Origin: a candidate division FCPU426 bacterium
GTDB taxonomy: Bacteria > Oederibacteriota > PGYV01 > Palsa-1178
DNA length: 64,000 bases
Direction of reading: 5' to 3'
Assembly (NCBI GenBank): GCA_963840035.1
Contig: CAWIXE010000001.1
Coordinates: 512,001-576,000, forward strand
Both the position numbers and the translations under genes were made by a program. A model generated the notes under the pieces. The model had not been told where the DNA came from, made no database searches, and saw nothing but the letters and a program-made list of their open reading frames with translations. The first letter of the stretch is position 1. Each line of letters begins with the position of its first letter. This document shows, piece by piece, positions 19,109 through 28,752 of the stretch.

Positions 19109-20308
19109 ATGAAAAAAACAACGTTGCTCATCCTTCTCTGCCTTGCCATACCCACCTTCACTATAGCAGGCGAGCTGCGCGTATCCCAGCTGGGCTCAGG
19201 CTGGCTTGTACCGGACGAATATGTGGACGCGCTTTATAACCCGGCGAGGATAAATTATATTATTCCAAATACGTTGATTGCAAATTTAAGTGCTGAATAT
19301 TTTTATGATGCTCCAGAAACATCTTCTATAAATAATCGTCAAGGAATTATAACAAAACCAAATGGTGTATTTTTGGGAAAATTAGGGGACGTATATTATG
19401 GAATAAGCTCAGGCATCATTTATGATTATCGTTTTTATAATAATCCATCAATTGATTTGCATCAAACATTTGATGAATCAATTATGGGAATAGCCGGAAT
19501 GAGATTTAATGAAAATGTTTGTATAGGCGCTAAATTAAGTTATTTGAATGGATATCTTTCAAATTATATTTCCGTTAAGGGCGCAAGTTTAGGACTTAAT
19601 TATGAAAAAGATGGTTTGGATTTAGGCGTTAATATTTCGGGCAGCAGCGGTTTTGATGAAATTGAGCGATATGCAGCAAGCATAGATCTGATGGGAGGTT
19701 TAAAAATATCGGATAATGCAGAAATTAGATTTATTAACACTATTGAATATGGCGCAAATGAGCAAAAGATTGACAGTGAAATATTACCTGCAAATCTTAC
19801 GGGAGAGTATTTTGGAAAAAAGGTTTTATCGGATATTACAGGAGTTTCCGCTATAATAAAATCAGAAGACACAAAATATGTATTTGGAGTATCAAATGCG
19901 TGGACGATTTTTCATTATTACAGTGAATTTGACGGGATAGGACAATTTAAAGCGTTGGATATTGCAGATTATTTAAAAATAAACATAGGTATTGAAACAC
20001 CGTTAATTGTTGATTGGCTTCTATTTAGGATAAATTATAATCCGCTGACTATATTTTATATGCATGAAAAAAGGACTCACGGATTTTCTGATGATAAAGA
20101 ATCAACTGATATTTCATTTCTTAAGCCGTACACTGTTGATGTTGGATTTTGTATAATTACAAGTGCAGTTTCTAAAATTGATATTGGATTCTTTGGAAGT
20201 GGATTATATTCATATAATTACGACAATTATTATTCTGATTATGACTCTGAACACAAGCAGGCATATTATAGATTACATTTTAAAGCGGAATACACTCAAA
20301 AATTTTAG
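19109..20308 (+). CDS. Putative outer-membrane beta-barrel protein with AT-rich body
   Basis: Signal peptide, YNPA motif, aromatic-rich strands, C-terminal YTQKF. Confidence 0.6.
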   Translation: MKKTTLLILLCLAIPTFTIAGELRVSQLGSGWLVPDEYVDALYNPARINYIIPNTLIANLSAEYFYDAPETSSINNRQGIITKPNGVFLGKLGDVYYGISSGIIYDYRFYNNPSIDLHQTFDESIMGIAGMRFNENVCIGAKLSYLNGYLSNYISVKGASLGLNYEKDGLDLGVNISGSSGFDEIERYAASIDLMGGLKISDNAEIRFINTIEYGANEQKIDSEILPANLTGEYFGKKVLSDITGVSAIIKSEDTKYVFGVSNAWTIFHYYSEFDGIGQFKALDIADYLKINIGIETPLIVDWLLFRINYNPLTIFYMHEKRTHGFSDDKESTDISFLKPYTVDVGFCIITSAVSKIDIGFFGSGLYSYNYDNYYSDYDSEHKQAYYRLHFKAEYTQKF

Positions 20309-20316
20309 GAGGTTTT

Positions 20317-20694
20317 ATGAAACCCGTTGACCCAAAAATTATTACAACCGGCATTCTCCTCATACTTTCCCTCGCCTCAGGTTTCTGGGTAACAAACTCA
20401 GGGCGTCCGCTGAATACCGTCATATTTACCATCCACAAACTTATAGCGCTGGCAGGGATTATATTCTCTATAATCATTATCAACAACCTGCGCAAGGGAG
20501 TTGCAATTGAAGGTGCGATACTGGCGGCAATTGTATGCGCCGGCGTGTTTCTGTTGATGACTTTCGTGTCAGGGGCCATATCGAGCTTTGAAAAGCCGAT
20601 ACCTGATTTGGTAAAAATAATGCATAAGGCAGGGCCGGTGCTTTTTACGGTGTCGGTTTTTACGGCTGTTGTTTTGATGTTAAGGAAATTGTAG
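20317..20694 (+). CDS. Small hypothetical membrane protein (4 TM)
   Basis: RBS AGGAGG; four hydrophobic segments with two HK motifs. Confidence 0.7.
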   Translation: MKPVDPKIITTGILLILSLASGFWVTNSGRPLNTVIFTIHKLIALAGIIFSIIIINNLRKGVAIEGAILAAIVCAGVFLLMTFVSGAISSFEKPIPDLVKIMHKAGPVLFTVSVFTAVVLMLRKL

Positions 20695-20990
20695 AGCCGC
20701 CGCTTGCATATGCCGTGAGTTCTATAATATACTCACGACATATACGTATCGAACGGCTGCGGCTCAGGGCAGGATATTTGTTTTTATGAATTCGTAGTCG
20801 CAGGCCTTCGGTTCATCGGCCTGCGTCTATATAAGGCATTCAGATATGCAAACCATTGACAGTCCACTCGAGGTTATCCGAAAGGTTTGATCGCAGGCAA
20901 TACTTAATAGGCGCACCCCGATAGGACGAAGGGGTGCGACTACAAAAACCAACCTTGCATGCTTTGAGCCGCAGCAAGCGGCGGCTCTAC
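20691..20990. repeat. Composite nested REP element, copy 2
   Basis: Same architecture as 18767-19059, direct orientation; inner pair 20794-20943. Confidence 0.85.
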
Positions 20991-22432
20991 AAAACCGAAA
21001 ACACAACCTTTACCTTCATGTTCTTGCCCACCGGCAATGACACAAACCCCTCTTTTGAATTAAAATCCTCATATGGCTTTCCGTCTATCTCAACCGACTT
21101 TATTACCACCGCCGGGTCTTCCAGCAGGTTTACGTAATGCTTTTCCCCTGCCGTGTCCGCGCTTAGGTTGAAGTACAGCGTTGCCTCTGTTTTATACACG
21201 TACAGGCTTAAGTACAGGTATGAAAAGAGTGCCTGTTCCATGGAGTGGTAGGCTGATTTATATGAATCTGCTTTTTCCAGTTTGGTCGGTTTTCCTTTTC
21301 TTGTCAGCGCCTGGTAGCACTCGCCGTTTTTTCTGTCTATAAAATATTTGTCCCAGAACTGCGCGCCCTGTTCAAAATACTTCAGGTACTCTTTTTTATG
21401 CGGGGAGAGGGTTATCATCAGGTTGTTGCCTTCCTCTTGTGTCCACCAGTCTTTCGTCTCTGTCACGTCTTCGGGGGTGTCTGACTGAAAGTGGAAGAAC
21501 CAGCCGTGGTATTTTTTGTCCCACGTGTATTTGACCTGGCCTTCGGCTATTTTTAAGGCGGCGTCCAGGTATTTTTTATCGCCTGTCAGACCATACAGCC
21601 TGGTGAGCACCCAGCCTGTTTTCAGGTTGTGTCCCACCCAGAGGTTTGGCTGCTGCGAGACCCATTCGCGCGAGTATGACTCGCCGACAAAGCCTGTCTT
21701 CGGGTCAACCATGCGGGCCACTATCACGTCGCCTACGGCAATTAAGTCCTTTAATATTGCCGGGTCCTTGGTGGCCAGGTAGTAATATATAAGGTAAGCG
21801 GTGCAGGTATCAAGGATGGAGTTAAATGATTTTGTGTAAGTCACATTCTCCCACGCGTTGCCGACAGAGGCGTAGTAGCCGCCAAATTCCTTGTCCCATG
21901 CTTTTGTCTGCATGAGCTCGTGCGTCTTTGAGACAAGGGAAAGCGCGTTCTTGTCTCCGGTGGCCATATAATAGAATATGGGGCCGAGATTGCCGTATGT
22001 TTCGTCAAAAAGATTTTTCCAGCCCGTGTCAGGTTCGTTCTCTTCATCCACGTTAGTAACCCAGCCGCCGGACTGTTTGTCCCAGCAGTATTCGGATAAA
22101 AAATCCATGGCGTGTTTGGCGAAGGGAAGGTACTTTTCATCGCCAGAGAGCATGTATGCCGCGGAAAAACCAAAGAGTATCCTCGAGTTCATGCGCGAGT
22201 ATTTATTCGCGGCCGCGCCGATGGAGCCGTCTTCATTTACATTGGTATAGAACCCGCCGTAGTCCTTATCGATTGTTTTTTCCCAGAAAGGAATGAGATC
22301 TGTTAAAGCCTGGTTTTTCCAGTATTCCGGGTTCAGGACATTTTTTACGTCAGCCGGAGGGGCAGCAATGCAGGAGGAAAAGAGCAGCAATAATATGAAG
22401 AGGGGGAGTAATTTTTTCAAGGTGTTTTTCAT
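20987..22432 (-). CDS. AGE/cellobiose 2-epimerase-family protein with lipoprotein signal
   Basis: DKDYGGFY, WVGHNLKTGW, KDWWTQEEG, YKSAYH; lipobox FSSC. Confidence 0.82.
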   Translation of the reverse strand: MKNTLKKLLPLFILLLLFSSCIAAPPADVKNVLNPEYWKNQALTDLIPFWEKTIDKDYGGFYTNVNEDGSIGAAANKYSRMNSRILFGFSAAYMLSGDEKYLPFAKHAMDFLSEYCWDKQSGGWVTNVDEENEPDTGWKNLFDETYGNLGPIFYYMATGDKNALSLVSKTHELMQTKAWDKEFGGYYASVGNAWENVTYTKSFNSILDTCTAYLIYYYLATKDPAILKDLIAVGDVIVARMVDPKTGFVGESYSREWVSQQPNLWVGHNLKTGWVLTRLYGLTGDKKYLDAALKIAEGQVKYTWDKKYHGWFFHFQSDTPEDVTETKDWWTQEEGNNLMITLSPHKKEYLKYFEQGAQFWDKYFIDRKNGECYQALTRKGKPTKLEKADSYKSAYHSMEQALFSYLYLSLYVYKTEATLYFNLSADTAGEKHYVNLLEDPAVVIKSVEIDGKPYEDFNSKEGFVSLPVGKNMKVKVVFSVL

Positions 22433-22472
22433 GAATTCTCCTTATTTATATGGTATTTTTAGTTAAGTCTTC

Positions 22473-22517
22473 GTAGGGGCGAGCCCAGCTTCGCTGGACA
22501 TGGCCGGTGGCTTGCCC
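22473..22517. repeat. REP with internal sub-hairpin (family also at 56618-56663 and 56690-56735)
   Basis: gtaggggcgagc-ccagcttcgctgg-acatggccggtggcttgccc. Confidence 0.65.
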
Positions 22518-22615
22518 GGCCTTTAAACTACAGGCACAACATTATAACGCAAACATGAAGGAAAGGGTGCATTTAAGGCGGAGATTTCCGGCGAGCGTGG
22601 GTGCCACTAAAGCAT

Positions 22616-22652
22616 CCCCCACCCTAGCCCTCCCCCTTGAAAAGGGGGAGGG
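22616..22652. repeat. C-rich/G-rich hairpin repeat
   Basis: cccccaccctagccctcccccttgaaaagggggaggg. Confidence 0.55.
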
Positions 22653-22690
22653 AAGCGGAAGGGGGTCAATAGGGGGCGGGTAGAAATGTG

Positions 22691-22719
22691 TTGCAATTAG
22701 AGGCGTAATTTGATATTAT
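22691..22719 (+). promoter_or_regulatory. Sigma70 promoter of the rpsB operon
   Basis: TTGCAA-N17-TATTAT with extended TGn. Confidence 0.7.
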
Positions 22720-22733
22720 TACACGTTTTCAAA

Positions 22734-22811
22734 TACACCATGCTTCACGGATTTCGGGCTGGTCCCGCTTGTCGGGTTGCCCGGAAGATGAAGTAAGCAG
22801 AGGTTAAAACC
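22734..22811 (+). ncRNA. rpsB (S2) leader, t44-like structured RNA
   Basis: ACAC start, paired gcttca/tgaagt and cgggc/gcccg stems, GAGG-TAAAACC end, between the promoter and rpsB. Confidence 0.55.
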
Positions 22812-22830
22812 AAACGGAGGTAGTAGAATT

Positions 22831-23724
22831 ATGCCACAGGTATCAATGAAAGCACTTCTCGAAAGCGGCGTCCATTTCGGACACCAAACCAAACGCTGGA
22901 ACCCGAAGATGAAACCTTATATCTTTGCGGCACGTAACGGCATTTACATCATCGACCTGCAGAAGACACTCAAGTACACCAAGGACGCCATCGTGTTCGT
23001 AAAAGACATCGTCCGCAAGGGCAAGAACATCATGTTCGTCGGAACAAAAAAACAGGCCAAAGACGCCATCAAGGAAGAAGCCATACGCTGCGGCATGCCT
23101 TTCGTATGCTCCAGGTGGTTAGGCGGCACCATGACTAACTTCGAGACCATCAGGAAAAGGATGGAAAGGTTAAGGCAGCTTGAAGAAATGGACGCATCCG
23201 GCGGATTCGAACGCTATCCGATCAAGGAAAAAATGTCCATGCAGAAAGAACTCAGGAAACTTTCAGAGAACTTAGGCGGCCTTAAGGAAATGGGAACGCT
23301 CCCGGGAGCCATATTTGTCATAGACACAAAGCGCGAAGAAAACGCCGTTAAAGAAGGAAACAAACTCGGAATTCCCGTCATAGCCGTGGTTGACACGAAC
23401 TGCGACCCGGAACCTATCGACGTTTTAATCCCGGGAAATGACGACGCCATCCGCGCCGTACGCTTAATGTGCAAGATCATGGCGGACACCATCATAGAGG
23501 AAAAAGTTGCCATGGAAAAAGAGAAAGAACAGCAGATAAAGCAGGAAGCTGAAACAGCGGCTATCGCCGCTGACGCCGCAGCCGCCTCATCGCCGGAAGA
23601 AAAAGAAAAGATAGCGGCGCAGGTTGTGGACACCACGGATTACGCGGAAGTTTTCGTTGATGAACTTGACGCAGAGGGAAACGTAAAGCCGAGGAAAGCG
23701 AAGAAAAAAGAGGGCGAAGAATAG
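22831..23724 (+). CDS. rpsB: 30S ribosomal protein S2
   Basis: [36 protein letters not shown]. Confidence 0.99.
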   Translation: MPQVSMKALLESGVHFGHQTKRWNPKMKPYIFAARNGIYIIDLQKTLKYTKDAIVFVKDIVRKGKNIMFVGTKKQAKDAIKEEAIRCGMPFVCSRWLGGTMTNFETIRKRMERLRQLEEMDASGGFERYPIKEKMSMQKELRKLSENLGGLKEMGTLPGAIFVIDTKREENAVKEGNKLGIPVIAVVDTNCDPEPIDVLIPGNDDAIRAVRLMCKIMADTIIEEKVAMEKEKEQQIKQEAETAAIAADAAAASSPEEKEKIAAQVVDTTDYAEVFVDELDAEGNVKPRKAKKKEGEE

Positions 23725-23808
23725 TAATCGGATTCTGAATTCTAAATTTTAGATTCTGGATTGAAAGGCAAGACCTAAAACTTACATAACATCTTAAGGA
23801 GATAAGTC

Positions 23809-24411
23809 ATGGCTGAGATATCAAAGGATCTGGTAAAAGATTTACGCGAGAAATCAGGCGCCGGGATGGGCGATTGCTTAAAGGCGCTTCAGGAAACCAA
23901 CGGCGATATGACAAAGGCAATGGAAGTATTAAGGCAGAAGGGCATAGCTTCGGCTGATAAGCGCACGGCGCGCAAGGCAAAAGAAGGGCTCGTATACGCT
24001 TACATCCATGGCGGCGGAAAAGTCGGCACCATGGTGGAGATAAACTGCGAAACAGACTTTGTGGCAAGGACCAAGGAATTTGAGGACCTGTGCAAGGAAG
24101 TCGCCATGCAGGTGGCCGCAATGTCGCCGAGATGGGTAAAAAGGGAAGAAGTTCCGGCCGAGATAGTCGCGAAAGAAAAAGAAATATACGCGGCGCAGAT
24201 GGCGGACCAGAAAAAACCGCCAAATGTCATAGAGAAGATCATCGAGGGAAAACTCGAAAAATTTTACAAAGACACATGCTTAATTGAGCAGGCGTATATA
24301 AAGGATGATTCAAAGAACATAGATACGATAGTAAAAGAAGCCATAGGAAAGATCGGCGAAAATATAGTGGTAAAAAGGTTTTCAAGGTTTGTACTTGGAG
24401 AAGAAATTTAA
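23809..24411 (+). CDS. tsf: Elongation factor Ts (short form)
   Basis: LREKSGAGMGDC, EINCETDFVA. Confidence 0.98.
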   Translation: MAEISKDLVKDLREKSGAGMGDCLKALQETNGDMTKAMEVLRQKGIASADKRTARKAKEGLVYAYIHGGGKVGTMVEINCETDFVARTKEFEDLCKEVAMQVAAMSPRWVKREEVPAEIVAKEKEIYAAQMADQKKPPNVIEKIIEGKLEKFYKDTCLIEQAYIKDDSKNIDTIVKEAIGKIGENIVVKRFSRFVLGEEI

Positions 24412-24429
24412 AAGTCAGTGCGGAGGGTA

Positions 24430-24517
24430 AAGTTCGGAGTTCGGAGTTGACATAATTAACCGAACTAATGCGGTTGTTTATGTTGAACTCCGAACTCCGA
24501 ACCCCGAACTCCGAACT
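24430..24517. repeat. Inverted pair of heptamer arrays (GTTCGGA / AACTCCG)
   Basis: agttcggagttcggagtt ... aactccgaactccgaaccccgaactccgaact. Confidence 0.85.
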
Positions 24518-24547
24518 TAATTTTGTTAAACCAACTGGGGGCCGCGT

Positions 24548-25264
24548 ATGGGAAAAACAAAAAAGTACAAGAGAATCATGCTGAAAATCTCCGGCGAAGC
24601 GCTTGGCGGGGAAAAAGGCTCGGGCATCGATTATGATACTGTGTATTCCATAGCTGAAGAAATAAAAGAAGTGCACAAACAGGGGGTCCAGATAGCCCTC
24701 GTAATAGGCGGCGGGAACATCTTCCGCGGCGGCAGGGGAAAAAATTTCAAGATAGACCGCGTGGTCGGCGATTATATGGGCATGCTCGCCACCGTCATAA
24801 ACGCCATGGCATTCCAGGACGTGCTCGAGCAGATGGGCGTAAAGACCAGGGTATTATCCGCCATTGAAATGCAGAAAATAGCCGAGCCATTCATACGCCG
24901 CAGGGCGCAGAGGCACCTCGAAAAAGGGCGCGTCGTTATCTTCGCCGGAGGCACCGGAAACCCTTACTTCACCACGGATACGGCGGCAGCGCTGCGCGCC
25001 ATTGAGATAGGCTCCGAAGTCGTGCTTAAAGCCACCAAAGTCGGCGGCGTTTACACGGGCGACCCGGAAAAAGACAAAACCGCGAAAAAATACGACACCT
25101 TAAAATACATCGACGTCTTAAACCAGCACCTTCAGGTCATAGACTCGACGGCCATATCGCTTTGCATGGACAACAAGATACCGGTAATTATTTTCAACCT
25201 TAAGGAAAAAGGCAATATTCAGAAGGTGGTTAACGGAAAGAAAATAGGGACGATCATTCAATAA
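24548..25264 (+). CDS. pyrH: UMP kinase
   Basis: [31 protein letters not shown]. Confidence 0.99.
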   Translation: MGKTKKYKRIMLKISGEALGGEKGSGIDYDTVYSIAEEIKEVHKQGVQIALVIGGGNIFRGGRGKNFKIDRVVGDYMGMLATVINAMAFQDVLEQMGVKTRVLSAIEMQKIAEPFIRRRAQRHLEKGRVVIFAGGTGNPYFTTDTAAALRAIEIGSEVVLKATKVGGVYTGDPEKDKTAKKYDTLKYIDVLNQHLQVIDSTAISLCMDNKIPVIIFNLKEKGNIQKVVNGKKIGTIIQ

Positions 25265-25280
25265 TCTCCTGGAGGGAATC

Positions 25281-25835
25281 ATGGATAAAGTATTCGCCGA
25301 GCTTGAAACAAAAATGAAAAAAACAACCGAGGTTTTTCAGAAAGAACTTTCAAATATCAGGACAGGCAGGGCAAGCGCCGCGGTTTTAGACGGCGTGCGC
25401 GTAATGTACTACGGCAACCCCATGCCGATAAACCAGGTCGCGGCCATTTCAGTGGTTGAGGCAAAGACCCTCGACATCAAGCCGTGGGACAAAGGCGTGG
25501 TAAAGGACCTTGAAAAAGCCATCATGGAAGCAAACCTTGGACTCTCCATTGTCAATACGGGAGATTCGCTGAAGGTAAGGTTCCCGGATTTAACGGAAGA
25601 GACCAGGAAAGATCTCGTAAAAAAAGTTAAAAAGATGTCGGAAGAGTCAAAAGTGGACCTCCGCAACATACGCAGGGATTTTAATGAAAAGGTTAAGGAC
25701 CAGGAGAAGAACAAGGAAATATCACAGGACGAATTAAAGCTCGCCGAAACACACATACAAAAAGCCACGGATAAGCACATACTCAACATAGACAACATAG
25801 TAAAGGACAAAGAAAAAGAATTAATGACCATATAA
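25281..25835 (+). CDS. frr: Ribosome recycling factor
   Basis: IRTGRAS, LTEETRK, LRNIRRD. Confidence 0.98.
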   Translation: MDKVFAELETKMKKTTEVFQKELSNIRTGRASAAVLDGVRVMYYGNPMPINQVAAISVVEAKTLDIKPWDKGVVKDLEKAIMEANLGLSIVNTGDSLKVRFPDLTEETRKDLVKKVKKMSEESKVDLRNIRRDFNEKVKDQEKNKEISQDELKLAETHIQKATDKHILNIDNIVKDKEKELMTI

Positions 25836-25840
25836 AATAC

Positions 25841-25911
25841 ATGTCGGATATCGGATGTCGGATATCGGATATAAACTGCAAGATCCGCAAACCGCAATCT
25901 GCGATCCGCAA
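25841..25911. repeat. Heptamer arrays (ATRTCGG; ATCCGCA)
   Basis: atgtcggatatcggatgtcggatatcggat; atccgcaaaccgcaatctgcgatccgca. Confidence 0.8.
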
Positions 25912-25929
25912 GCGCATGATTGGATGATA

Positions 25930-26649
25930 ATGGATAAAAAAATGAAAGTCCCGGCCCACATTGCCATCATCATGGACGGTAACGGCAGATGGGCCAATAA
26001 AAGGAACCTTCCCAGGGTGCTAGGCCATAAGGAAGGGGCAAAATCTGTCAAGGCCATCACCGAAGCTTGCGCCGAGCTCGGGGTAAAATACCTCACTTTA
26101 TACGCTTTCTCCACCGAAAACTGGAAAAGGCCGGAAAAGGAAGTGGGATTCCTCATGGATCTTTTATCCAGCCACCTCGACAATGAAAAAAAGACAATGA
26201 TGAAAAACAACGTCCGCCTTTTAACCATCGGCGACATAGACAGGCTTCCCGCGAAAGTCACAAAAAAACTAGATTCCGTGAAAAAAGCCACATCAAAAAA
26301 TACCGGACTTAAACTCGTGCTCGCCCTGAATTACGGGTCAAAAAGGGAAATTACAAAGGCCGTGCGCGACATAGCCGCAAAGGCAAAAAAAGGCAGGATA
26401 AAAATATCAGATATAAATGAAGAGACAATATCAGGCCATCTTTACACAAAGGGGATGCCTGACCCTGACCTTCTTATCCGGACCAGCGGGGAGATGAGGA
26501 TATCAAATTTTCTGCTGTGGCAGATTGCCTATTCGGAGATATATGTGACAGATGTGCTCTGGCCCGATTTCAGAAAAAAAGAACTCCTTGCCGCGCTTGA
26601 GAATTTCAGCGCGCGCGAAAGAAGATTCGGAGGCGTTACCGCGTCATGA
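25930..26649 (+). CDS. uppS: Undecaprenyl diphosphate synthase
   Basis: HIAIIMDGNGRWA, AFSTENW, RTSGEMRISNFLLWQ; start moved past the repeat-derived extension. Confidence 0.97.
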   Translation: MDKKMKVPAHIAIIMDGNGRWANKRNLPRVLGHKEGAKSVKAITEACAELGVKYLTLYAFSTENWKRPEKEVGFLMDLLSSHLDNEKKTMMKNNVRLLTIGDIDRLPAKVTKKLDSVKKATSKNTGLKLVLALNYGSKREITKAVRDIAAKAKKGRIKISDINEETISGHLYTKGMPDPDLLIRTSGEMRISNFLLWQIAYSEIYVTDVLWPDFRKKELLAALENFSARERRFGGVTAS

Positions 26650-27458
26650 AAACAAGGCTGATACTCTCCCTTATAATAGTACCCATATTTGCTTTCATTC
26701 TTTTTAACACCAACCCCTGGCCGTTAATCGGAGTAATGATAGTGGCGCTTACATGGGCCCTGACAGAAGTGTATTCGATGCTGAGGGCAAAGGAATTAAA
26801 ACCCTACGACTGGGCCGGGGTTATTTTCGGCCTTTACATTTACGCGATGACGCTGCTAAAAATGGACGCGGCCATACTATACGGCTGGGCAGTATTTATG
26901 ATACTGATATTCACCCTTGCTGTTTTATCAAGGAATGAAATGAATTTTACGCGTATCGGGGCCACATACCTGCCTTTAATTTATATTTCCTCCCTGGGTA
27001 TATTCGGGCTGAAACTGAGAATGATGGATCACGGGTATTACATGACGTTCCTGCTATTTCTTTATACACTTGTCTATGACGGCGGGGCGTATTTTGCCGG
27101 TTCGTTTTTCGGAAAGAACAAACTTATACCTGAAATTTCAAAAGGTAAAACAATAGAAGGCTGCGTCGGCGGGGTAATAGTGAGCATGATAACGGTCATC
27201 ATTGTAGGGCTAACATGGCTGCCGAAGGACCTCTTCGGGCCAAATACGATGATTCACCTTATAATACTTTCAGTCCTGCTCTCAGTTGTTGGCCAGCTCG
27301 GCGACTTAAGCGCCTCTTTATTAAAGAGGTTCTGCGGCGTAAAAAACTCATCAAACCTTCTGCCCGAGATGGGCGGGGTCCTGGATAAGATAGACTCGGC
27401 AATGTTTAACGCGCCAGTGCTGTTTTTGTATGCTGTTTTTGTGACGAAGTTGTTTTAG
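26646..27458 (+). CDS. cdsA: Phosphatidate cytidylyltransferase
   Basis: ISKGKTIEG, GDLSASLLKR, GGVLDKIDS; synteny. Confidence 0.95.
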   Translation: MKTRLILSLIIVPIFAFILFNTNPWPLIGVMIVALTWALTEVYSMLRAKELKPYDWAGVIFGLYIYAMTLLKMDAAILYGWAVFMILIFTLAVLSRNEMNFTRIGATYLPLIYISSLGIFGLKLRMMDHGYYMTFLLFLYTLVYDGGAYFAGSFFGKNKLIPEISKGKTIEGCVGGVIVSMITVIIVGLTWLPKDLFGPNTMIHLIILSVLLSVVGQLGDLSASLLKRFCGVKNSSNLLPEMGGVLDKIDSAMFNAPVLFLYAVFVTKLF

Positions 27459-27463
27459 CAGGT

Positions 27464-27591
27464 TATATTGGATATACGATATGCGATATTAGATATAAAC
27501 TATACAATATTTGATATACGATATAGGATATTAGATATAAAACCGGCGGTTTAAGCCATATATCTAATATCCGATATCCAATATCCAATAT
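27464..27591. repeat. Inverted heptamer arrays (GATATNN / AATATCC)
   Basis: gatatacgatatgcgatattagatataa, a near-identical second block, then tatctaatatccgatatccaatatccaatat. Confidence 0.85.
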
Positions 27592-27606
27592 TACCAAGGA
27601 TGACTT

Positions 27607-28752
27607 ATGAAAAAAGTGGTAATCATCGGTTCCACCGGGTCCATAGGAAAGTCGGCGCTTGACCTTTTTGACACCGTGCTTAAGGATTATCAGGTGCTGG
27701 CGTTATCCGCAAACGAAAACGTTGTGGAACTGGCAAAACAGGTAAAAAAATACAGGCCGAAATACGCCGTCATAACAAACCCTGAGAATAATAACATCAT
27801 AAAAAAGGCCAACAAATCCACAAAAGTCTTAAACGGCATTAACGGATTGATGGAGATAGCTTCGTTAAAAGAAGCTGACCTCATACTGCTCGGGCTTGTC
27901 GGGTCCGTCGGCATAGTCCCTTTAATGGCGGCGGCGCGCGCTGGAAAGCGCATTGCCATGGCAAACAAGGAATCCCTGGTAATGGCCGGTTCCATAGTGT
28001 TAAACGAAGTAAAAAAATACGGCGCCGAAATAATACCCGTGGACTCGGAGCACAGCGCCATATTCCAGTGCCTTCAGGGCAATGATGTTGAAAACGTAAA
28101 AAGGCTCATCATCACAGCTTCAGGCGGCCCGTTTAAAAATTTAAAGGCTTCAGGGTTAAAGCACATCACGCCTGAGCAGGCCTTAAACCATCCGACATGG
28201 AAAATGGGAAAAAAAATCACCATAGACTCATCCACACTGATGAACAAGGGGCTGGAAGTCATAGAAGCGCATTACCTCTTCGGCCTGCCCTTTGAAAAAA
28301 TAGACGTCGTCATACACCCGCAGTCCATCATTCACTCCATGGTGGAGTACATAGACGGCTCCATCATGGCGCAGATGTCGCACCCTGACATGAGGCTGCC
28401 TATACTTTACGCGCTGACATATCCGGGCAGGCGCGCCGGCGTCATAAAGCCCATGAGTTTTTCAGAAATAGCAAGGCTGGATTTTTTCAAAGTGGACTTC
28501 AAGAAGTTTCCGTGCTTTGAGCTTGCTTTATCCGCGGGAAAGACGGGCGGCACTATGCCCGCTGTCATGAACGGCGCGAACGAGGCAGCCGTGAATAATT
28601 TCCTAAATAAAAAAATTGCTTTTGATAAAATACCGTATTATGTGAGGAAGACTATGGAATCGCATAAAACCGTGAAGAAGCCGGGAATAGATGAAGTGCT
28701 GCGAGCGGACCTTCTGGCCCGCGCAAGCGTGGAGGAGATGATAAATGGTTGA
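27607..28752 (+). CDS. dxr: 1-deoxy-D-xylulose-5-phosphate reductoisomerase
   Basis: GSTGSIG, ANKESLV, PVDSEH, HPTWKMGKKITIDS. Confidence 0.99.
   Translation: MKKVVIIGSTGSIGKSALDLFDTVLKDYQVLALSANENVVELAKQVKKYRPKYAVITNPENNNIIKKANKSTKVLNGINGLMEIASLKEADLILLGLVGSVGIVPLMAAARAGKRIAMANKESLVMAGSIVLNEVKKYGAEIIPVDSEHSAIFQCLQGNDVENVKRLIITASGGPFKNLKASGLKHITPEQALNHPTWKMGKKITIDSSTLMNKGLEVIEAHYLFGLPFEKIDVVIHPQSIIHSMVEYIDGSIMAQMSHPDMRLPILYALTYPGRRAGVIKPMSFSEIARLDFFKVDFKKFPCFELALSAGKTGGTMPAVMNGANEAAVNNFLNKKIAFDKIPYYVRKTMESHKTVKKPGIDEVLRADLLARASVEEMING

Noticed and set aside
25855..25929. N-terminal extension of UppS in the ORF track
   Set aside because: It is a translation of the intergenic heptamer arrays; the start at 25930 has a plausible RBS.
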